From Ignicoccus pacificus DSM 13166 (GTDB lineage: Archaea > Thermoproteota > Thermoprotei_A > Sulfolobales > Ignicoccaceae), in contig CP006868.1 of assembly GCA_025340205.1 (NCBI GenBank), positions 570,001-602,000 of the forward strand: a stretch of DNA of 32,000 nt, in the 5' to 3' direction. Below, in pieces: positions 1 through 9,367 of the stretch. Numbering within the stretch: position 1 is the first letter of the stretch; the number at the start of each line of letters is the position of its first letter. Both the position numbers and the translations under genes were made by a program. The notes under the pieces were generated by a model, which had not been told where the DNA came from, searched no databases, and saw only the letters and a program-made list of their open reading frames with translations.

Positions 1-1
1 G

Positions 2-1492
2 ATAAAGCGCATAGGCATAGTCTTACAAGAAGCTGCTGAGAAGAGTGGTAACGCCTTTGAGTGGATAAATACAGACCCGCTACGCGACTTTCAAACCTTA
101 AGCTTGTACTTGAACGTTTATGACATAAAAGCTCTTAGAAGCGGGTTCGAGAATCCTTACTTACTTATTACATCGTCGACGAACAATTACATAGCACAAA
201 ACGTCTTGAATGCTGAACTTTGGGCCTATGATGTTACTCGAACCCATGATCTCAATTATAACGAAGATAGAAACAAATTAGAAGAAGCTCTTAAAAGAGG
301 AAGAGCCTCGATATTATATCATCATGCTGACTTGAAGAAAGACATAAGAAGTTACTTAGAATCCGAAATCAAGAAGAAACCACCTCTAGTCCTTCTCGCA
401 ACCTCTACGCTGGAAGTAGGAGTAGATTTACCGAACATACCCTTTGTAGTACAAGGAGGCATTGATTACGTCGAGACCGCTGACTTCTTGCAAAGAGTAG
501 GAAGAAGCGGTCGTGCCGGAGAAACTTTCTTCATTTCCTTAGCAACTATCGTACTTAAAAACAGAGGCGTTGACAGTACGATCAGAAATGATGAAGAGTT
601 AATAGAATATGCCGTAAACTTGAGACTGGGGCTGACCGCTTCCCCGCTAAGCGATCCTATAATAACTACCAAGCAAACGATTAGCCTAATCTACAATTTC
701 AATAAGAATAAATATCCAGATATAATGGACATCATAAGGGATCGTGATGTCATAGGCTTTGTTAAAAGCGCCGCTATTGCTTACTCGGAATATCCGAAGG
801 AATTTATACCCAATGTAACTAGAAACTTAAGAGTGTGGTTAATATACTATGCTACAGTGAAAGATGCTCTAGAAGGAGCTACACATACAAATAAGATTTC
901 CGAGATAGGGTGTGATGAAGTAAATGAAAAAGAGATAATCAGCTTGCTATTAGCTAAGCTTTACTCGCCCCATATAACCATGGAACTTAAATCGCTCCTT
1001 CGCGAGCTCCTAAACACGCTCGAAATACCCACCAATCATAAGGAAGGTACAAAGTTCCTACTCATGATCAGTTCCTTCTTGGACCTAATTGATAAAAACG
1101 ATAAACTAACTGAACAAGAGCTAGAATTACTCGCTAAGGTGTTACGTTATCTCGCCCCAAGAGCATTACCTATCTTACCCACTTACCTACTAGACTATAT
1201 AATGAATAAGACCCTAAAAATTATAATAAGTAACGTAGATAAGGATAATAGAGAACTAATTAACTTAATGATCTGTATCTTGTATTGTGTTATAAAGAAC
1301 ATAAAGAGGGTGAGTGTTAAAGTAAGCAAAAGCTTTGAAGTGGATAGTTTGATAGATAGAGTGTTAAGAGATAACTTCTTTGGGTTATTCGAAGAATATG
1401 GGGCCCCAACGAATTCCAACAGCTGTGACGGACAGAGCTGCGATCCCAACTCTTTCCTCATGGCAAGTAGACCTCTGAGATATGAGAGGTGA
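2..1492 (+). CDS. SF2 (DEAD/DEAH-type) helicase, C-terminal part only, truncated by window start
   Basis: Reading frame is open from base 2 through the listed ORF start at 104; protein contains motif V/VI-like LLATSTLEVGVDLPNIPFVVQGG...DFLQRVGRSGRAGE; stop at 1490-1492 abuts the next ATG at 1493. Confidence 0.85.
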   Translation: MKRIGIVLQEAAEKSGNAFEWINTDPLRDFQTLSLYLNVYDIKALRSGFENPYLLITSSTNNYIAQNVLNAELWAYDVTRTHDLNYNEDRNKLEEALKRGRASILYHHADLKKDIRSYLESEIKKKPPLVLLATSTLEVGVDLPNIPFVVQGGIDYVETADFLQRVGRSGRAGETFFISLATIVLKNRGVDSTIRNDEELIEYAVNLRLGLTASPLSDPIITTKQTISLIYNFNKNKYPDIMDIIRDRDVIGFVKSAAIAYSEYPKEFIPNVTRNLRVWLIYYATVKDALEGATHTNKISEIGCDEVNEKEIISLLLAKLYSPHITMELKSLLRELLNTLEIPTNHKEGTKFLLMISSFLDLIDKNDKLTEQELELLAKVLRYLAPRALPILPTYLLDYIMNKTLKIIISNVDKDNRELINLMICILYCVIKNIKRVSVKVSKSFEVDSLIDRVLRDNFFGLFEEYGAPTNSNSCDGQSCDPNSFLMASRPLRYER

Positions 1493-3697
1493 ATGGAGAT
1501 GGTAAAGTTTCCCATGTTTTACTTAGTAAGAAATGGTTCTATAAAAGCCTTGACGTACTGTTCGAAGATTTGTGTACACAAAGGTACAATATCCATATTA
1601 TTATATGGAAATCCACTAAGGTATAACGCCAAAAATTGCATATTCGAAGCCATTGAGTACTCATTGCCAGAGGTAAACCACGCGGTTGAAAGCGACAACG
1701 ACTTAGCATCGCTTTGCAAGAACACTACGTGTATGAGCTACACTAATGATGAGAACTGCAAAAAAGCGTTAACTACCATATACTTACTGGATGAGGACTT
1801 CTATCAAGATCATAATAATAGTAATGTAATCGTAGTGTCCAAGTTGTGTGATACATCGAACAAGTTAGCATACGTTTACGCTCAAGCACAAGATGAATTT
1901 GATAAGAGACGTTACTCTCTTACGCTCCTCCTCCACGGATCCCCTTTTGAGAAACCCCAGAAGATCTCGAAGATCTTACTTAAGGGCAGTGTACCCCAAT
2001 ACATCACCTTACGTGTGTTTAATGTAGTTGAACCCAAGAACTTGAGCTTCCTCGATTATATACCATACCAACTTGTCTTTACAGGCTTTGGAGTTTATGA
2101 GAAAGTCGAAGAAGGTAACTTTTTCAAAATCGTAAAGACTAGAGGATTTACCAGTAGAACGTTGCTAGCCTCTACCATAGTACTAGACGAGAAGCCGAAG
2201 AGGAGACAAATCCCTACACCTCTTCCGACCAACGTAAGCGGTAGCTTAGTGGAGAGGGGGTCTTCCAAAGGTTTGATAAGGTTAAGTACCGGACTTGATT
2301 CTCCCACGGTCTTCATAGGAAACTCCTTAGCAATAGGTCTAATCTTCGAAAATTTGGATGACTTATATAAGTCCTTAAAGGACTCGTTTAGAACTTTTGT
2401 CGAAGACTCTCTTGGTGCACTCCATGATTTGTTGGAAGATGATGAAGAGAATTTCCACGTGAGAATGAGAAGCTTGAGGGAACGACTACGACATGACGTC
2501 GCAACGTTTGACATGAGGTACTTCTTGAAATCCTTAGTACATTACCTAATGGGTAGCATTTCTCTAGGGAATGGAAATCTATGGAATGTAGCATGGTATG
2601 AAAGATACTTTAACATGGAATTAGATGATGTAAAAGCAATTCTGAGTTCGTTTTTAAGAAAAGTAGGATATGGTGAGGTTGATATCCAGAACATGAGACT
2701 AGGGTCAATAATATTGAAGATGAATTTTGACATAAAGATAAAGAAATCAAAATCGCACGGCAAACTCTTCGAAATATTAAAGTTCTATGATTTACTAAAC
2801 GGTTACTTTCAAATGAAGAAGAACAAAATCCGTTTGGATGAATGGGAAAGAGCTGCCTTAAGGAAAGTTTTGTTATTGATATCCGTGGCTCTTGTAAGCA
2901 AAGGTATCAAACCAGGTGCCAAGCTTGATGAGACTTTAATGTCACATACAAAAGATGTTCTCAAAGAGCTTTTACGGGAATCCCTAACAATAGCTGAACG
3001 TCTTAGTGCAGCCACTATAGAAATGGGGCTCCATGCTCTCTCGCACGCCCTTATGTCGTTTTTAATAGAAAAAACCGGATATAGTGACGTAACTGAGATA
3101 GTAATCGTAGAGGGTCCTTGGAGCAAAAGCTTTGCTACTCTCCTCGACGGCTTCTTCCTAAGGGTGCCAGGGGATTACGTCAAGGGAGCTATCTTTGCCA
3201 TATCATACACTTCAGGAAGCGGAGAACTGTTTGAGAGATTTAGGATAAAATTGGATGAGTTTATGTCTTACGTTAACTCGATTCTTTATCTCAATGGTCT
3301 TGATAGATGCTATGAATATTGGTTCCAAAGGAGAACTGCCTTAAAGAGGGCCTCTGCTATTAGGGGATATGGAGTCAATGAGGCAAAATATTCCAGTATA
3401 CCGATAGTGAGGTCCCTTATGCCCTACAATTTGAGAAGCGTCGATGAAGTTATAAGTTATCTCTCAATTGATACAGAAAACGCGAAAGAACTAATTTCAA
3501 TTGTGTATGGCAAATCTAAGAGAGCTGACAAGCAATACTTACTAGAGCTCAGTACCCCTGATTGCTTTGACGGTTGTGAGGCTTGCATAGGGATGCACGG
3601 GAGCTGCGCGGTTTCCTCTCCTCTACCGAAGATGTGGACATATAGCAAGAAAGCTCTCGAAATATTGCTTAAAGATGTAATTACACATAACGGTTAG
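1493..3697 (+). CDS. DUF1998 / DrmB-like protein (partner of upstream helicase)
   Basis: 734 aa; HALSHALMSFLIEKTGYSDV, AIFAISYTSGSGE and C-terminal TPDCFDGCEACIGMHGSC resemble the His and Cys cluster of DUF1998/MZB domains; starts immediately after the helicase stop with GAGGTGA upstream. Confidence 0.6.
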   Translation: MEMVKFPMFYLVRNGSIKALTYCSKICVHKGTISILLYGNPLRYNAKNCIFEAIEYSLPEVNHAVESDNDLASLCKNTTCMSYTNDENCKKALTTIYLLDEDFYQDHNNSNVIVVSKLCDTSNKLAYVYAQAQDEFDKRRYSLTLLLHGSPFEKPQKISKILLKGSVPQYITLRVFNVVEPKNLSFLDYIPYQLVFTGFGVYEKVEEGNFFKIVKTRGFTSRTLLASTIVLDEKPKRRQIPTPLPTNVSGSLVERGSSKGLIRLSTGLDSPTVFIGNSLAIGLIFENLDDLYKSLKDSFRTFVEDSLGALHDLLEDDEENFHVRMRSLRERLRHDVATFDMRYFLKSLVHYLMGSISLGNGNLWNVAWYERYFNMELDDVKAILSSFLRKVGYGEVDIQNMRLGSIILKMNFDIKIKKSKSHGKLFEILKFYDLLNGYFQMKKNKIRLDEWERAALRKVLLLISVALVSKGIKPGAKLDETLMSHTKDVLKELLRESLTIAERLSAATIEMGLHALSHALMSFLIEKTGYSDVTEIVIVEGPWSKSFATLLDGFFLRVPGDYVKGAIFAISYTSGSGELFERFRIKLDEFMSYVNSILYLNGLDRCYEYWFQRRTALKRASAIRGYGVNEAKYSSIPIVRSLMPYNLRSVDEVISYLSIDTENAKELISIVYGKSKRADKQYLLELSTPDCFDGCEACIGMHGSCAVSSPLPKMWTYSKKALEILLKDVITHNG

Positions 3698-4395
3698 AAG
3701 ACCTTGAATAGGATCAATAGCAAGGTAGAGTAAAGCATAAATCTACTCATCTCTTTCCACCCAAACCTCTTCAATTCCTTTGGATTAACTTTAACGTTAT
3801 TTAATACATTTCTAACGAACTTTATCGTTGGTTCAATAAAAGCGATTAAGGAACAGGGTTTAAATATGAATACTGGGAGGGAAAGTCCCCATACCGCTAA
3901 GGCCGTTCTGGGATCCACCTTCCTCCACGGTAGCTTGCTCTCTATGTAAGCAGCAGTAGCACTCACATAGATCGCCAAAGCGTACCAGAATACTAGCTGA
4001 GTCAAAGTAACTTTGGGAGATAAGTAAATGATTATGAAAGAGGTAAGGGTAGGGATGGAAGAGCCTAGGATGTAGGCGTGAGGGTTGTCCCTGGACTTAA
4101 AGAGGTACAAATAGAGGAAAATTATTATTGCTGGTATTACCAATACTACCAAATTAACCTTTACGAATAATGGTAATACCAAATAGGGGATTATGTTCAA
4201 AGCTAAATAAGGAGCCGCCTCCTTAGGCGATATCTTGAGCCTTCGAAACGTCTCATCAAAGGTACTCAAGTGTATTAAGAGGAGTGTCATCGCTACGGGA
4301 ATTAGGTAGAGGGGTAAAGGAGTTAATATCAACATGTACAAGAAGGATACTATCATGAATCCGGCAGCGCTGGGCTCTTGGGGTAGAATTCTCAC
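3694..4395 (-). CDS. Multipass membrane protein of unknown function
   Basis: 233-aa ORF dominated by hydrophobic helices; convergent with the upstream gene, stop codons overlapping by 2 bp. True start may be the internal Met at about 4356. Confidence 0.65.
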   Translation of the reverse strand: MRILPQEPSAAGFMIVSFLYMLILTPLPLYLIPVAMTLLLIHLSTFDETFRRLKISPKEAAPYLALNIIPYLVLPLFVKVNLVVLVIPAIIIFLYLYLFKSRDNPHAYILGSSIPTLTSFIIIYLSPKVTLTQLVFWYALAIYVSATAAYIESKLPWRKVDPRTALAVWGLSLPVFIFKPCSLIAFIEPTIKFVRNVLNNVKVNPKELKRFGWKEMSRFMLYSTLLLILFKVF

Positions 4396-4405
4396 CTCTT
4401 CTTCC

Positions 4406-4426
4406 CCCTTCCCCCGAGGGGGAGGG
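4406..4426. other. GC-rich hairpin in AT-rich intergenic DNA
   Basis: CCCTTCCCC-CGA-GGGGGAGGG, 9 bp stem including one G.T wobble and a 3-nt loop. Confidence 0.4.
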
Positions 4427-4585
4427 ATTATTGGTGTGTCGAGTACACTTGAAGGAGCGTTGGATCCGAGGTAGTTAATTTCTCTAAGCGATAACCCTTC
4501 TCTATTAGGAATAGCATAAACCAGAAGGTGACCTCGAATTCGGCTATCTTAAATTCCATCTATCGCGTCGTAGCTGGGTGAGTGA

Positions 4586-7500
4586 TTGAGGACGCTGTTA
4601 CTGGCGCTCCTCTTAGCCTCTTTAACATTCGCCCAGAGCTACCTAATGATCGTCCACAACCCAAATTCCCAGACCTTAACGAACTTCCAAGTTAGAGCGA
4701 AGCTCCCTGCAGATCTTCAAGGGAAAGCCCTTACCATCAAGGACATGAATGGCAATCCAGTTCCCTTCTGCTACGAAACGGCAACTGGAGAGTGCACCAC
4801 CGATCCAACTCAAGGAGATGGCTACGTATGGGTGAAGGTTCCTTCGATTCCGGCAAATGGAGATGCTAAGTTAGTTGTGGAAGTTGGAAGCAATGGAGCG
4901 GTAAAGGGAGATCGAGTGTTTGAGTTCTACGACGACTTCAACAATCCTTCCTCCTTGAATCAATGGGAAGTAATCGAAGGGAAGGCAAAAATAGAGAACG
5001 GGGCTCTCGTCTTAACGGATGCAGGTCCTTATCAAGAGTTGCACCTGCAAGGCTTCAGCTTCTACAATGGAGTAATCGAGGTTAGGTGGAAGTGGGAGAA
5101 AGGGTGTGACTGCAACTATGGCGGAATGTACGTCCTAGCAAGAGTTCAGAGCGATGGCTCCGCTTATGCCGCCGCCACGGGAAGTTATGCCAACGAGTTC
5201 GTCATAGCCTACGACGACGACGGAAATAGAGATTCTTGGACCAATTTGGAAACCTATGGCTCCCACAACGACCTCGTAGAAGACAATTGGTACTACGTCT
5301 ACTTCGCGCTAGACGGTGAGAACCTAAAGGCGTGCCTCTACGAGAGCTACATAAGCGGGAAGATAACTTGCTTAAGCGCTACGGACGATCACATAACCAC
5401 CTCCGGCAAGATAGGGCTCGGAGGTTGGCAGATAGAGTACTTCGACTGGATCCGCGTTAGAAAATATGCTCCCATCGAACCAACGGTAACCTTCCAAGCC
5501 TACGGAGGCTATCAAGCCCCCTCAACCGTTACCGGAATGAGCCAAGTGTGGAGCTACGATATAGGCTCAAGCGTGGAGGCCCTGGCCTTCTCGGATAATG
5601 GAAATCTCGGGGCCGCTTCCGTGGACCGCTGCGCTTACGTCTTCGACCAGAGCGGTAACCTCCTGAACAAGGTCTGCGGAGACGACTGGATGAACGACAT
5701 CTCCTATGCCAACGGGAAGTTCCTGGCGGACAACTACGACAACTACCTCTACATAATGAGCGAGCGAGGCACTTTGATCAAGAAGCTCGAAGTAGGGGAG
5801 AGCTACGATGACGGAGTTACCGCCTTCTCCCAAGGATTTATCGTCTGCGACGACTACTGCGCCTACTACAACTGGAACTACGAGAAGATCTGGGATACCT
5901 CGGTGGGAAGCAACACCCATACCAGCGGTCCCGCGATAGCTAAGGGCTACGTTTACGCTCTAGCGGTGGACAGCGGCAAAGTGAAGATAATCTCCCTCTC
6001 CAGCGGGAGCGTGGAGGGAAGCGTTACCTTAGATGGAGATGCCTACGACGTCGCCGCTTGCGGGAACTACTTGGCTGCTGCAAGCCAAGACAAGCTCTAC
6101 TTGTACTCCTTGGACGATCCAACTAGTCCTACCTTGCTCTGGACGAAGGACATTAGCCTAGGGGATGCTGACTACCGCTCCTTGGCCTTCTCGCCCAACT
6201 GCAAGTTCCTGGCCTTGGCTGACACAAACAACGATCAAGTAGATATATTCAACGCGAAGACGGGAGCTATCGTTTACACAAAGGACTTCGACAGGCCCAC
6301 AGCCGTCGCTTGGTGGAAGGACGAGCTAGCCGTAGCGCAGAAGGACGGCTCGATCTACGTCTTCAGGCTAGAAGGATTCAAGGGCCCCGCCTATTCTCCT
6401 ACACCCAGCTCTTCTACGATCACCGGCCTAACTCTACTATGGAGGCACGGGTTCAGCGGAACGGCTGATGCTGTAGCGATAGCTGACAACGGAAACGTAG
6501 GAGTTGCCAATTACGACAACTGCGCCTACGTGCTGAGCAAGACCGGCTCCGTGCTAGGCAAGTACTGCGGAGGGGATGACGTGGACGACGCCTCTTACTG
6601 TTGCGGCAAGTTCGGCTTCGCTGACATAGACGACTACGACTACTTCTTAGACGTGACCGGCAACTACCTAAAGGCGATACATGTAGGAGATGACTACGAC
6701 TTCGCCATAACAATGCTTCCCAACGGCTTCATAGCTTGCGACGATTACTGCGGCTACTTCACCTACTCCGGAAGCCAGATCTGGAGCACGGAGCTTGACG
6801 GAGAGGCTAGGAACGGCCCAGCGGTCTACAAGAGCTACGTCTACGTTCCGGACTACGGAGAAGACGAGGTAGAGATACTTAGCTTGAGCGACGGAAGCGT
6901 TCTCAACAAGATGAGCTTTAGCAGCGCGGTCCACGACGTTGGAGTCTGTGGGAAGTACTTGGCCGTGGTTACCAGCAACAAGCTGTACCTCTACAAGCTA
7001 ACCGATCCGACCGACCCTACCTACTTGTGGAGCGTTGGAAACATTTACATAAACGACGAGTACAGCCAGAACTTGGCCTTCTCTCCAGATTGTAGGTACG
7101 TAGCGGTAGCGGATACCGGAAACAGGGCCTTGAAGATTTACGATATCCAAGGGAACTTAGTCTTGAAGAGGAGCTTCCCTGACCCGGTGAGAGGGGTGGA
7201 TTGGAGAAAGGACTGGATAGCGGTGAGCTCGGGATACTACGTGTACCTCTTCAAGGTGGAAGGGTACAAGCCCCAAGGGGCTCCGGTGACCAAGGCACAG
7301 ATGACTACAGTTACGAACACGGTCACGGTGACCAAGACGATTACAACTACTGTGACACAGACCGTGACCAAGGAGGTTACGTCGACCGTTACCCTTATGA
7401 TAGGGGGAGAGAACGTAAAGGTACAAGTAAGCGGCGATCTCCTCCAACCTTACATAAAGCTCACGAAGTTGTACGATACTATCTCGAAGAGTACTGGTTA

Positions 7501-8062
7501 CAAGGCTACACTACTAAAGGCCCCCTTCCAGAGGCAGATAGCCTACATTTCAGCATTATCCAACTTCGCCAGCTTAGCAAAGAGGCTCTACTTGCTGCTA
7601 GGAGAGGCTAAAGATAACATAAACAAGGCAGAACAACTGTTACAAAAACAGCCAACCTTCAAGAATGCCTTCGAATTCATGAACTTAGTACAAAAGGCTA
7701 TAGTTAACTTGAACCTAGCAAACGATGTATTGAAGAGGCTCGAAGCACAAGTAAATACCTTGAAGGCATCAATGCCGTCAATAGACTGTACGACCCTAAA
7801 GACCGAATTGGGAGATCCAATAGAGCTAACCTACAAGGTACTGAACGCTACTACGATGCTGGAACTTATACAGATAAGAAAGGAGTTAGAGAAGTATGGA
7901 GGAATAGATGCCTTGGCAAAGTGCGTAATAAAAGAAACTATACAAGAAACGATAGCGCTTTGGAACCAAAAGAAAGTTGAGTTGATGAACGAGATAGCGA
8001 AGCTTAAGGCGCAAGCGGAGGAGCTGAACCAGTACGTAAAGTACCTAAGCGTGGGAGGTTAA
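4586..8062 (+). CDS. Large secreted/surface protein: signal peptide, DUF2341-like and ConA-like N-terminal region, two tandem beta-propellers, Thr/Val-rich linker, helical C-terminus
   Basis: TTG start with MRTLLLALLLASLTFAQ signal peptide; internal duplication (LAFSPNCKFLALADTNNDQVDIF vs LAFSPDCRYVAVADTGNRALKIY); linker TTVTNTVTVTKTITTTVTQTVTKEVTSTVT. Confidence 0.9.
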   Translation: MRTLLLALLLASLTFAQSYLMIVHNPNSQTLTNFQVRAKLPADLQGKALTIKDMNGNPVPFCYETATGECTTDPTQGDGYVWVKVPSIPANGDAKLVVEVGSNGAVKGDRVFEFYDDFNNPSSLNQWEVIEGKAKIENGALVLTDAGPYQELHLQGFSFYNGVIEVRWKWEKGCDCNYGGMYVLARVQSDGSAYAAATGSYANEFVIAYDDDGNRDSWTNLETYGSHNDLVEDNWYYVYFALDGENLKACLYESYISGKITCLSATDDHITTSGKIGLGGWQIEYFDWIRVRKYAPIEPTVTFQAYGGYQAPSTVTGMSQVWSYDIGSSVEALAFSDNGNLGAASVDRCAYVFDQSGNLLNKVCGDDWMNDISYANGKFLADNYDNYLYIMSERGTLIKKLEVGESYDDGVTAFSQGFIVCDDYCAYYNWNYEKIWDTSVGSNTHTSGPAIAKGYVYALAVDSGKVKIISLSSGSVEGSVTLDGDAYDVAACGNYLAAASQDKLYLYSLDDPTSPTLLWTKDISLGDADYRSLAFSPNCKFLALADTNNDQVDIFNAKTGAIVYTKDFDRPTAVAWWKDELAVAQKDGSIYVFRLEGFKGPAYSPTPSSSTITGLTLLWRHGFSGTADAVAIADNGNVGVANYDNCAYVLSKTGSVLGKYCGGDDVDDASYCCGKFGFADIDDYDYFLDVTGNYLKAIHVGDDYDFAITMLPNGFIACDDYCGYFTYSGSQIWSTELDGEARNGPAVYKSYVYVPDYGEDEVEILSLSDGSVLNKMSFSSAVHDVGVCGKYLAVVTSNKLYLYKLTDPTDPTYLWSVGNIYINDEYSQNLAFSPDCRYVAVADTGNRALKIYDIQGNLVLKRSFPDPVRGVDWRKDWIAVSSGYYVYLFKVEGYKPQGAPVTKAQMTTVTNTVTVTKTITTTVTQTVTKEVTSTVTLMIGGENVKVQVSGDLLQPYIKLTKLYDTISKSTGYKATLLKAPFQRQIAYISALSNFASLAKRLYLLLGEAKDNINKAEQLLQKQPTFKNAFEFMNLVQKAIVNLNLANDVLKRLEAQVNTLKASMPSIDCTTLKTELGDPIELTYKVLNATTMLELIQIRKELEKYGGIDALAKCVIKETIQETIALWNQKKVELMNEIAKLKAQAEELNQYVKYLSVGG
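5521..7275 (+). repeat. Tandem protein-level duplication: two beta-propeller modules (about 5521-6405 and 6418-7275)
   Basis: Parallel motifs: ALAFSDNGNLGAASVDRCAYVFDQSGNLLNKVCG / AVAIADNGNVGVANYDNCAYVLSKTGSVLGKYCG and GFIVCDDYCAYY / GFIACDDYCGYF. Confidence 0.85.
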
Positions 8063-8326
8063 CCTCTCATATTCTTGATATAGATCCCACCACGAAACCT
8101 TGAACTTCCTGGCGAACTCCACCAAGTCCTCGAAGGTCAGGATCTCATACAGTTCCTTTTCGTCTCTTACTCTAAGTTCCCTCATCATTTCCTTTATCTG
8201 TTCGTCGTTGAACCTTACGAACAAGGCCCTCTTCAACTCTTCCTTTTTCCTTTCCATTTCTATCATCTTGTCCAAACCGAGCATGTGAAGTAACCGTTCC
8301 CCCACTTGGGGGATATGGAGCATCAT
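8045..8326 (-). CDS. Small charged helical protein, unknown function
   Basis: 93-aa ORF rich in Glu/Lys/Arg with plausible helical pattern; 18 bp tail-to-tail overlap with upstream gene. Confidence 0.55.
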   Translation of the reverse strand: MMLHIPQVGERLLHMLGLDKMIEMERKKEELKRALFVRFNDEQIKEMMRELRVRDEKELYEILTFEDLVEFARKFKVSWWDLYQEYERLTSHA

Positions 8327-8418
8327 ATGACTAACCCAAGGGTTCAGACGAATTCGTCCCTCATATGTAGGGGCCCTAGCATTTTACCCTCTGGGAGCCC
8401 TCATCCTAGGAGTCCTCT

Positions 8419-8988
8419 ATGATAATAATTGGTGGGCAGAACGGCACGGGCAAGACGTCGCTGTGTAAGGCGCTGGAAAGCTACGGCATCAAGTGTCACC
8501 AAGTTCCTCCCCTGTGCTACGATCCCTCCCTCACTAAGCTCGGGTTTGAAATATATGCCCTCAGCAAGATAGTTGAGAACCTTAAGGGAGATGCCGTCGA
8601 CGAGTCGCCTCTTACCGTAGCCCTCTACGTAAGGGCAATGCCCTTCATAGTTAAGGAGTTGGAGCCTCACGTAGACGTTTACGTGGAAATAGTAAATGGG
8701 ATAGAAGGATACGTGAAGGAGAGGAAGGAAAGGGGGGACGTATTCGTATGGCTCACCGCTCACCCAGCTGTAGTATGGGAAAGGTTGACGAAGAGGACTG
8801 AATGCGCGAAGAGGGACATGATAAAGGACCCCACTCACGTGGGAGCGCTCCACGCCGAGGAGGAAAAGTTGCTCAAGGAATGGAAGAAGAAGGGACTGGT
8901 AGACCTAATCTTAGATACCAGCGAGAGAAGACCGGAGGAGCTGGCCGAGGAGGTGATCAAGCTTGTTGAGAATAAGAATAGAAAGTGA
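8419..8988 (+). CDS. P-loop nucleoside/nucleotide kinase-like protein
   Basis: N-terminal Walker A GGQNGTGKTS, followed by thymidylate-kinase-like FVWLTAHPAVVWERLTKR. Confidence 0.7.
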   Translation: MIIIGGQNGTGKTSLCKALESYGIKCHQVPPLCYDPSLTKLGFEIYALSKIVENLKGDAVDESPLTVALYVRAMPFIVKELEPHVDVYVEIVNGIEGYVKERKERGDVFVWLTAHPAVVWERLTKRTECAKRDMIKDPTHVGALHAEEEKLLKEWKKKGLVDLILDTSERRPEELAEEVIKLVENKNRK

Positions 8989-9367
8989 GGTGAGGCCCAC
9001 AGAGGATCCACAAAAAGTCCTCAAAGCTCTGAGGAAGCTGTTCTCAACGAACTTTGAGCTCGTAGAAAGGGGAGAAGGCTGGGCCAGCTGGGTAGGGGAG
9101 TGTGAGGACCCATCTTGCCTTGAACCGTTGAGGAGCGCCATACACTCGAAATCTTTGGACTTCACCTTCAGATCGGAGCTAAGGAAGCTGGCCAGGGGAG
9201 GGGGAGGAAGGCTAGTCTTCAGGCTCAACAAACAAGCGGCCTTTGTTGGTGTACCCTCCTTCGCCGAAGAGGACGTGGATTCGCCCATGGGTCCCATAAT
9301 AGTGGAGATAGAGGCGGATTCCCAAGAGGAGCTTTACGAGCTAATCAACTGGTTGACGGGTGAGTGA
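8963..9367 (+). CDS. UPF0201-like archaeal protein
   Basis: MLRIRIESEVRPTEDPQKVLKAL resembles the UPF0201 N-terminus; 26 bp overlap with upstream gene and GTGA overlap with downstream gene. Confidence 0.65.
   Translation: MLRIRIESEVRPTEDPQKVLKALRKLFSTNFELVERGEGWASWVGECEDPSCLEPLRSAIHSKSLDFTFRSELRKLARGGGGRLVFRLNKQAAFVGVPSFAEEDVDSPMGPIIVEIEADSQEELYELINWLTGE

Noticed and set aside
2095-3126. Minus-strand ORFs of 68-139 aa inside the DUF1998-like gene
   Set aside because: They are antisense to a convincing long CDS, Ser/Leu-rich without domain motifs, and look like shadow ORFs.
5567-7447. Minus-strand ORFs (Val- or Arg/Ser-rich) and the 7201-7611 plus ORF within the propeller gene
   Set aside because: Low-complexity composition mirrors the coding strand repeats; the 4586-8062 frame has continuous domains and a signal peptide.
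8347-8358. Perfect 12-bp palindrome GACGAATTCGTC between divergent genes
   Set aside because: Could be an operator, but a single short palindrome without repeats or a known regulator is not enough evidence.
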